This document shows, one piece after another, positions 25,395 to 32,000 of a stretch of 32,000 nt of DNA. The notes under the pieces were generated by a model. That model saw nothing but the letters and a program-made list of their open reading frames with translations, did not search any database and was not told the origin of the DNA. The stretch lies in assembly GCA_039809905.1 (NCBI GenBank), contig JBDHVY010000001.1:360001-392000 (forward strand), written 5' to 3'. The translations under genes and the position numbers were made by a program. Position 1 is the stretch's first letter, and each line of letters begins with the position of its first letter. The stretch comes from Candidatus Babelota bacterium. GTDB taxonomy: Bacteria; Babelota; Babeliae; Babelales; Vermiphilaceae.

Positions 25395-26012
25395 ATGATG
25401 TATTTACTCATAGCATTTATTTCATTGCTCCATATATCTGCCAGCTATGCTCAATTCAGTTCAACAACAGCAAAAGATCTTAAACAACCAGTTAATTTCT
25501 CTGGAAAAATAACTACTCATCAAAATCAGGAATTTGTCGTTGATAACATTTCTATTTATGGTAAATATACAAAAATTCCTATGGCCCTCAAACCTGAAAA
25601 TCTTTCTGAAGGAGAACTCAATCCTGAAACAAAACAATATGAAGTTAAACTGGAAACTGATCCTAATACCGTTAAAAGAGATATCGACCTTGACGAAACA
25701 AGTGAAATAAAAGTTCCCTCACCCAATACCATTTATACGTATCACAAAAAAGAACGGGGCAAAAAATTAGAATTCATAGAAGTAGAAGTAACCAGTAAAA
25801 GTAATACAAAATATTCCTATCTTTTAGATCCTAAAACCCCTATTTATTGTGACGCCGTAGATAGTGCAGGCCCACAAGAAACAACTGTCATACTTTCTGC
25901 ACTCAAAACTCTCACTATTGAAGGATACACATATCGTGATACAAACGCTGATAAAAAACAACCATGCAAATCAAATAGTTGTCCACCCTGTGAAAACAAA
26001 AACAAAAAATAA
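25395..26012 (+). CDS. Secreted hypothetical protein with a C-terminal Cys motif
   Basis: Signal peptide MMYLLIAFISLLHISASYAQ; C-terminus PCKSNSCPPCENKNKK. Followed by a terminator hairpin. Confidence 0.65.
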   Translation: MMYLLIAFISLLHISASYAQFSSTTAKDLKQPVNFSGKITTHQNQEFVVDNISIYGKYTKIPMALKPENLSEGELNPETKQYEVKLETDPNTVKRDIDLDETSEIKVPSPNTIYTYHKKERGKKLEFIEVEVTSKSNTKYSYLLDPKTPIYCDAVDSAGPQETTVILSALKTLTIEGYTYRDTNADKKQPCKSNSCPPCENKNKK

Positions 26013-26018
26013 CCAATA

Positions 26019-26050
26019 AAAAAACCTCCGCTTTTCAACGGAGGTTTTTT
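26019..26050. terminator. Bidirectional terminator
   Basis: aaaaaacctccg / cggaggtttttt perfect 12-bp inverted repeat. Confidence 0.85.
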
Positions 26051-26052
26051 AT

Positions 26053-26943
26053 TTAGTTTTGAGGAGTTTCTGGTTTTAATTCAGGAGCTGATTTTTCTGA
26101 CTCAGGATCCGTAACTTCTCTTCTAATTTCACGTTTCAATTCTTCTCTGAGAGCTTCTATTTTTGCCACAATTTCTCTGGTTGTTTTATTGTATTTAGCA
26201 TTTTCCTTAAATTGCTCTAGTGTTATAGGAGCTCCTTCTTTTACTGCCTTTACATATGCATTATACAATTTGCTATCAATCTTTTTATCAACCTGGTCTT
26301 CAGAAAGTACAGATCCTTCAAGACATTTACAATATTCATCGCCTTGGAGCTTTCTACATGTCTGATATTGCTGTAAATGCAATGTGTCCATTCCTATATA
26401 AAGCTTACCTAGTTGCTCTCGCAGTTCAGGAAATATTCTATTCTCAACAACCGTATGATATCCCTTAATTTCTTTATATAATTTTTCATTAATATCTTTT
26501 TTTCCCGCGGTAAGCTTATCTATCAGTTGCACCTCCTGTGCACACATTGATTCTTGTTCAGGAGTAAACCATCCCCACAGAGATCCCTCTATAGCACCAG
26601 CTTTTTTCTTCTTATCTTTGCCTTGTTCTTCAACTGCTGTATTGCTAGAATCCTTATGACGCAAGAGGCGGTCACCACCATGAGAAAGCTCTATAACTAA
26701 TTTCTCTATAAAAGTATTCCGCTGGTCATGACCATGGAGCTCAAGTTCAAGAGCATATTTTTTTTCTTTTTCTTCTAGTAATTGACTAGATAAAGAATTT
26801 ATTTTTGCTTTTGATTCTGCACATTGCTGTTTATTCTTCTCATGTTGTTCAGGAGTTATTATGGGCACATTTTTCTGAGCTTCTTGAGCGTACACAAGAC
26901 TACAACTGGAAACAAAAAGAAGAGATAATAATTTTTTTTGCAT
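26053..26943 (-). CDS. Secreted, charged, coiled-coil-like hypothetical protein
   Basis: The ORF track starts at 27033, but Met31 (26943) begins a signal peptide, MQKKLLSLLFVSSCSLVYAQEAQ. The rest is Lys/Glu-rich and helical. Confidence 0.65.
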   Translation of the reverse strand: MQKKLLSLLFVSSCSLVYAQEAQKNVPIITPEQHEKNKQQCAESKAKINSLSSQLLEEKEKKYALELELHGHDQRNTFIEKLVIELSHGGDRLLRHKDSSNTAVEEQGKDKKKKAGAIEGSLWGWFTPEQESMCAQEVQLIDKLTAGKKDINEKLYKEIKGYHTVVENRIFPELREQLGKLYIGMDTLHLQQYQTCRKLQGDEYCKCLEGSVLSEDQVDKKIDSKLYNAYVKAVKEGAPITLEQFKENAKYNKTTREIVAKIEALREELKREIRREVTDPESEKSAPELKPETPQN

Positions 26944-27108
26944 ACAATTCCTATAAAAAAAACGTTTGATTGCGTCACTATGATAAGCTATTATTTCACC
27001 TTGAAAGCGTAACAGAATTAAATATTTCTTCAATATTTTAATTGCTTGTGATCATAATGATTACTCGTTATTATAATTTAATCAAATACTTTTACCTAAA
27101 GGACAAAC

Positions 27109-27435
27109 ATGGCTCTATCAATTACTCCAGAAAATCATGATACGCTCGTCAAACAAGCAAACAAACCAGTTATCTTGGACATATATGCTACATGGTGTGG
27201 ACCCTGCCAACAAATGGAACCTATGTTAGAAGAACTAGAAAAAGAGCTTGGTGATGCCTATATTTTTGGAAAATTGAATGTTGATGAAGCTCGAGAAATA
27301 TCAATAAAAGAATATGGCGTTACCTCTGTTCCTACATTTGTTTTTATTAAAGATGGCGTAGTAAAAGGAAAAGAAACAGGGTACATGAGCAAAAGCACAT
27401 TTCAAGAAAAAATAACTGCTGCATTTGGCAAATAA
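27109..27435 (+). CDS. trxA: Thioredoxin
   Basis: VILDIYATWCGPCQQMEPMLEELEKEL..., cis-Pro region SVPTFVFIKDG. Confidence 0.93.
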   Translation: MALSITPENHDTLVKQANKPVILDIYATWCGPCQQMEPMLEELEKELGDAYIFGKLNVDEAREISIKEYGVTSVPTFVFIKDGVVKGKETGYMSKSTFQEKITAAFGK

Positions 27436-27437
27436 AA

Positions 27438-27473
27438 AAAAACAAGAGGGCAATACATTACCCTCTTGTTTTT
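27438..27473. terminator. Bidirectional terminator
   Basis: aaaaacaagaggg / ccctcttgttttt perfect 13-bp inverted repeat, 10-nt loop. Confidence 0.85.
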
Positions 27474-27485
27474 CATATCACTATT

Positions 27486-27887
27486 TTAAGAACATGATTT
27501 TGCAATACAATCTTTACAAGCATCAATACATAAATTACAAGCCATCACACATTCTTCACATGCATTAGCACATGTTTCTTCTGTTCCTGACTCACATTCC
27601 TCTTTACAACCCTGACATGCCTGAATGCATTCTTCACATTTTTTGATACATGCCAGACAAGCTTTCACACATTCCTCATCGTTACAATTTTCAATGTGTT
27701 CTCTGCATTGTTCTATACAGTTATTACAAGATTCTATGCAGTCTTGACATGATTGAATACAACTTCTTCTTTCCGCCATTCCACATTCTTGTAATAATCT
27801 ACAAGCATCACCACGCTCTTTGCATATTTCCACTGACTGTGTACATTTTTCAATACATTTTTTACATGCATCAAGATGACTCGACAT
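27486..27887 (-). CDS. Cysteine-rich four-helix-bundle copper-storage-like protein (Csp/DUF326-type)
   Basis: 133 aa containing 29 Cys by direct count, arranged mostly as CxxC / CxxxC / CxxxxxxC helical spacings (CIQSCQDCIESCNNCIEQC...). Confidence 0.8.
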   Translation of the reverse strand: MSSHLDACKKCIEKCTQSVEICKERGDACRLLQECGMAERRSCIQSCQDCIESCNNCIEQCREHIENCNDEECVKACLACIKKCEECIQACQGCKEECESGTEETCANACEECVMACNLCIDACKDCIAKSCS

Positions 27888-27937
27888 AACAATCTCCTTT
27901 TTTTCTCATGAGATCTCATTACAAGTCTCATTGCAGG

Positions 27938-29263
27938 TTATGGTTTTATTTTTTCATCTTGTATATCAATTCCCAGAGCTTTCAATTGGTCACGTAACTC
28001 ATCAGAGCGTGACCAATTTTTTTCCTGGCGAGCAAGGTTTCGTGCATCAATCAATGCTTGAATTTCTGGAGTCAACTCAACCTCTTGCACCGGTAAAGGC
28101 TGCAACGTTAAGCCAAGAACATTTTGCAATACATTTTTAACAGCAGCTAATTCTTTTTTATCATGCGCAATAGCGGTTATATTTTCAAATAAAACACCAA
28201 AAAAACCTGGCGTGTTTAAATCATCTTGTAAAAAAGACATCATACGATCAATAACATCAGATTGATGCTCAGATATATTACTATCCAATACATTTGTTTC
28301 ACATAATGCAATCAATCGCTCATAACTTTTTTGTGCACTTTTCAACACATCAAAACTGAATTCAACGGGCATACGGTAATGATGAGTTAAAAAGAAATAG
28401 CGAATAACCATTGGATCAAAATGTTTATAAAGATCACGTAAAAAGAAAAAATTGCCTAACGATTTTGACATTTTTTCTTTGTTAATGGTAATCATTCCAT
28501 TATGCATCCAAATACGCGAAAATGGTTCGCCGAATAAACTTTCTGATTGAGCAATTTCATTTTCATGATGAGGAAATATAAGGTCAAGCCCTCCACCATG
28601 AATATCAATATGTTCACCTAAATAAATACGAGCAAGCACGGAACATTCGATATGCCAACCAGGTCGTCCATAACCCCAAGGACTCTGCCAAAATTCGCCT
28701 TCAGGTTCACCTTTCCATAGAGCAAAATCAAGCGGGTTTTCTTTTTGCTCGCGCACATCAATGCGAGCTCCTGCATGCAAATCTTCTATTCTCTGTTTTG
28801 AAAGTTTGCCATAATCAGCATCTGTTGCAATACGAAAATAAACATCGTTGCCAGACTGATAAGCACAGTCTTTATCGATAAGTTTTTGTATAAAATCTAT
28901 AATTTCTGGGATATTATCGGTAACACGCGGCTCATAATCAGGAGACAGACAATTTAATTTTCCAATATCCTCATGAAAATGATCAATATACCGATCTGCA
29001 ATCTCTTTAAATCGCAAACGATCACCTAACTCTTTTTCAGCACGGTGCATTGTTTTATCATCAATATCGGTAAAATTTCTGCAATATGTTGCCTTAATGC
29101 CATAAAAAGAAAAGAGCCTTTTGACAAGATCAAAAGAAACATAACAACGCCCATGCCCGACATGTGAATCATCATAGGGAGTAACTCCACATACATACAT
29201 TTTGATGGGATTGGTAACGATGAGCTCTTCTTTTTTTCCCGTCAGGGTATTCATATAATGCAT
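27938..29263 (-). CDS. cysS: Cysteinyl-tRNA synthetase
   Basis: MYVCGVTPYDDSHVGHGR (HIGH region), GWHIECSVLARIYLG, HHENEIAQSE, KMSKSLGNF. The ORF extends to 29299; starts at 29263 or 29254 fit better. Confidence 0.97.
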   Translation of the reverse strand: MHYMNTLTGKKEELIVTNPIKMYVCGVTPYDDSHVGHGRCYVSFDLVKRLFSFYGIKATYCRNFTDIDDKTMHRAEKELGDRLRFKEIADRYIDHFHEDIGKLNCLSPDYEPRVTDNIPEIIDFIQKLIDKDCAYQSGNDVYFRIATDADYGKLSKQRIEDLHAGARIDVREQKENPLDFALWKGEPEGEFWQSPWGYGRPGWHIECSVLARIYLGEHIDIHGGGLDLIFPHHENEIAQSESLFGEPFSRIWMHNGMITINKEKMSKSLGNFFFLRDLYKHFDPMVIRYFFLTHHYRMPVEFSFDVLKSAQKSYERLIALCETNVLDSNISEHQSDVIDRMMSFLQDDLNTPGFFGVLFENITAIAHDKKELAAVKNVLQNVLGLTLQPLPVQEVELTPEIQALIDARNLARQEKNWSRSDELRDQLKALGIDIQDEKIKP

Positions 29264-29480
29264 AAGGCATACCTTATTAAGAAATCTTTTATTAAACAAA
29301 ATCTAAGACTTTAAGCTGTAGTTTTTACCTAAACTATCACATTTTTTTCTTTTTTTTAAATTATATATAGATCATCGAGATTACCGGAAACAGATAAACT
29401 ACCTAGTAAAAAATTAAAAAATGAGTAGTATGTTTCAGTAATTGTATCAATTCAAAGCAACGTCTGGCAGCAGGACCACT

Positions 29481-32000
29481 ATGACTGAAAAATTAAAAAA
29501 AGGAAATCGAAATTACTGTGTTATCCTATTCTTTCTGCTCTTGGTAACCGGTATCACGGAATCTCAACACAGAACATCTACTTCAACCACAAGCTCTATG
29601 AGCAAAGGAATAAGCACGTATGATAATGACACATACGATGATGAAATAAATGATGAAGATAATGAAGACGAAGATGGCCAAAGCGTTATTCAATCAAATA
29701 GCACATTTAGCAATAAATCCCATCGCATCAGCGCCATTAAAGTGCATGGAAATGTATTAACATCTCAAGATGCTATTTTAACGCACATTCCTTATAAAAT
29801 TGGTGAAATATTTGATGCACGAAAAACAAGAACACTCATCAGAAATCTTTATTATAATCTTAAAAAGTTTCGCACCATAAAAGTAATGAGTGAAGTAATC
29901 AATAATACGTATATGAATCTTCATATTTTTGTTGAAGAAAAATATCCACTCAAAGAACTTAAGACTATTGGCAATAAAAAGGTATCCGAAAAAGAAATTG
30001 CAAAAAAAATCGATCTTGAAAATCTCACCACTATTGATCCAGAAGAACTGAAAATAATAGCCAATAAAATTAAAAGCATTTACTTAGAAAAAGGCTATCA
30101 CCAAACGGATATTGAAACTGCAATTGAAATCGATGATAACAATCGAGCTACTGCAATACTCACCGTTCACGAAGGAATTGCTGCAACAGTCAAACAAATA
30201 CACTTTGTTGGCAATAATGCAATCAGCAGCAAAGAGCTGCGTGCTGTTGCACTTACTAAAGAAGATTGGCTTTTAGGTTTTTTAGATAAATCGGGTAATT
30301 ATCATCCAGACCGTCTTGAAGGTGATAAGCATTTCATAGAACAATTTTATCAAAACAATGGGTTCCTTCACGCAAAGGTTGTTGATATTGATATCAATAT
30401 CGATCCGATAACACAAAATATTATTTTGACATTCGAAATAGAAGAAGGGCATCAATATGTCATTGATAAAATAAGTGCACCAGGAACAGAAAATGTTTCT
30501 GAACAGTATTTGCTTGCAATGTTACCAATTCGTCCTGGCATGTATTATTCCCGTGATGGCATTACTAATTCAATAAAGCGCCTTGAGCTTATTTGGGGTG
30601 ATTATGGATATATTTTTGCTCACATAGAACCATCAATACAACCAAATGAAGAAACCAAAACAGTTTCCCTTTCGTTTTTTTCTGAATTAGGAGATCAAGT
30701 ATACCTCAATAAAATTAATATTCGCGGCAATACAAAAACACGCGATAAAATTATTAGACGAAAAATTCTTCTTGATGAAGGAGAATTGATTACACAAAAC
30801 AGGATGAATGCATCAAAACGCAATGTAGCATCTCTTGGCTATTTTGATCCACGCGATGGGGTTAACTGGAAAATTCGTCGTCTTAATAAAGAAGAAGCTG
30901 ATCTTGATTTAATCGTCAAAGAAACAAAAACGGGTCATTTTGGCGCGCAATTAGGATTTGGTGGATCAGGAGCTGATTGGCAATCTCCTATTTCTGGTAT
31001 GTCAGTAAAAGTAGAAGCCTCTGATACCAATCTTTTTGGAAGTGGTGTTCATTTAAATGTTAGTACTACATATTCCAAAGATGAACAAACTGCTATTCTT
31101 CATATTGCCCAACCATGGCTTTTTGATAAACCAATTTTAGGCGCATTTGATATTTATCATAGACGACCTGTCTATGATGAGTTGCGACATGTCAGAACCG
31201 TGCATCAAAAACTTACTGGTGGATCAGTCACTTTCGGCTGTATCACGCAATCAAAAAATCAGTTGTTTCATGATGTTAATATTCTTGCCAGTTCCGGTGT
31301 TGAAGATATTAAATATGATCGCCGCCCATTAGCTGAACTTGGCAATCCGTTAGAACGCTTGCAATATCAAGCAATTTTAGACCAAGAATTTAAACCAGGC
31401 ACATTTGCATTTGTTTCAACAAAAATGGAACAAGATACCCGTAATCATCCTATTCATACCATGTGGGGTCATAAATGGAGATTTTCAACTAAATTTGCAA
31501 TACCAAGCTTTGGTAACAATATCGGCTTTTATAAAATAGAACTTGATGCAAGCTGGTTTACGCCACTTATCGCTGAATATGACCTTGTATTAAAACTACA
31601 CGCTTATTTTGGTGTTTCATCGCCATTTAAAAATAGAATTGTTCCTTTTGGTGATTTATTCCACATTGGTGGACAATCAAGCGTTCGTGGCTTTTTATTC
31701 GGACAAATTGGTCCAGAATTTTTAGGCGACACTATTGGTGGATCAAAAGCCTTCTTCTGGAACGCAGAACTTATTGCACCAATTACCGCAGATATGAATA
31801 TGAAAGCTGTCGTATTTTATGATGGCGGTACTGGTTTTGACAACCCATATGTTACCTGCGCGGATAAACCTTTTGTCTCAGGAAATAATTTTGATTATCG
31901 TCACTCAATTGGTATTGGTATAAGAGTATTACAACCAATGCCGGTGAATATTGACTGGGGCTTTAAAATAGATCCTCGTAAAAATAGATTGTTCCCTAAT
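29481..32000 (+). CDS. bamA: Outer-membrane assembly factor BamA (Omp85 family), 3'-truncated by the window edge
   Basis: My own translation from the ATG at 29481 stays open to 32000 (840 codons). It has POTRA-like segments (RISAIKVHGNVLTSQDAIL..., IHFVGNNAISSKELR, INIRGNTKTRDKIIRRKILLDEGELI) and the Omp85 motif GGQSSVRGFLFGQIGP. Absent from the ORF track, presumably because it lacks a stop in the window. Confidence 0.93.
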   Translation, partial: MTEKLKKGNRNYCVILFFLLLVTGITESQHRTSTSTTSSMSKGISTYDNDTYDDEINDEDNEDEDGQSVIQSNSTFSNKSHRISAIKVHGNVLTSQDAILTHIPYKIGEIFDARKTRTLIRNLYYNLKKFRTIKVMSEVINNTYMNLHIFVEEKYPLKELKTIGNKKVSEKEIAKKIDLENLTTIDPEELKIIANKIKSIYLEKGYHQTDIETAIEIDDNNRATAILTVHEGIAATVKQIHFVGNNAISSKELRAVALTKEDWLLGFLDKSGNYHPDRLEGDKHFIEQFYQNNGFLHAKVVDIDINIDPITQNIILTFEIEEGHQYVIDKISAPGTENVSEQYLLAMLPIRPGMYYSRDGITNSIKRLELIWGDYGYIFAHIEPSIQPNEETKTVSLSFFSELGDQVYLNKINIRGNTKTRDKIIRRKILLDEGELITQNRMNASKRNVASLGYFDPRDGVNWKIRRLNKEEADLDLIVKETKTGHFGAQLGFGGSGADWQSPISGMSVKVEASDTNLFGSGVHLNVSTTYSKDEQTAILHIAQPWLFDKPILGAFDIYHRRPVYDELRHVRTVHQKLTGGSVTFGCITQSKNQLFHDVNILASSGVEDIKYDRRPLAELGNPLERLQYQAILDQEFKPGTFAFVSTKMEQDTRNHPIHTMWGHKWRFSTKFAIPSFGNNIGFYKIELDASWFTPLIAEYDLVLKLHAYFGVSSPFKNRIVPFGDLFHIGGQSSVRGFLFGQIGPEFLGDTIGGSKAFFWNAELIAPITADMNMKAVVFYDGGTGFDNPYVTCADKPFVSGNNFDYRHSIGIGIRVLQPMPVNIDWGFKIDPRKNRLFPN

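Noticed and set aside
9587-27931. Numerous 60-90 aa ORFs antisense or out of frame to well-supported genes (e.g. 12571..12885, 13590..13787, 20405..20623, 27650..27889, 31147..31332)
   Set aside because: All lie inside confidently called genes, have no recognisable domains, and are typical spurious ORFs in AT-rich DNA.
1-32000. CRISPR array, transposase, integrase, prophage, restriction-modification or toxin-antitoxin system
   Set aside because: No regularly spaced repeats and no family signatures for these were found on either strand. The tRNA genes show no adjacent integrase or duplicated tRNA 3' end.

Overview
The window looks like a compact, AT-rich bacterial chromosome segment with small gene spacing and many predicted exported proteins. 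The protein style resembles Candidatus Dependentiae (TM6)/Babeliae-type host-associated bacteria, but that placement is recollection of family style and was not searched. Supported content: 3'-part of prfB; a His/Cys-cluster secreted protein; a secreted collagen-like protein facing a GT2-like glycosyltransferase across a shared terminator; an OPT-like transporter; a secreted WD40/beta-propeller-like protein; an EamA/DMT transporter; a HIT protein; tRNA-Leu(CAA); a secreted GH1 homologue whose catalytic motifs appear lost; a MutS-core-like ATPase with a hydrophobic N-terminus; a GspF/PilC protein; a DUF167 protein; tRNA-Ser(GCU), tRNA-Arg(ACG) and tRNA-Ser(UGA); two secreted ankyrin-type proteins, the second built from an internal ~1 kb duplication; an ABC exporter; an exported HAD protein; a putative lipoprotein with four Cache-like repeats; a Bax-inhibitor-1 family protein; thioredoxin; a 29-cysteine Csp/DUF326-like protein directly downstream of cysS; and a 3'-truncated bamA. 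No CRISPR array, transposase, prophage or classical defence operon is visible. The best second-look items are a short GGGGTNCCC leader-like repeat upstream of several unrelated genes, the GH1 pseudoenzyme, the cysS-Csp pair, the exported MutS-like and GT2-like proteins, the four-Cache lipoprotein, and the collagen/glycosyltransferase pair. I do not see strong evidence for a complete new multi-gene system.
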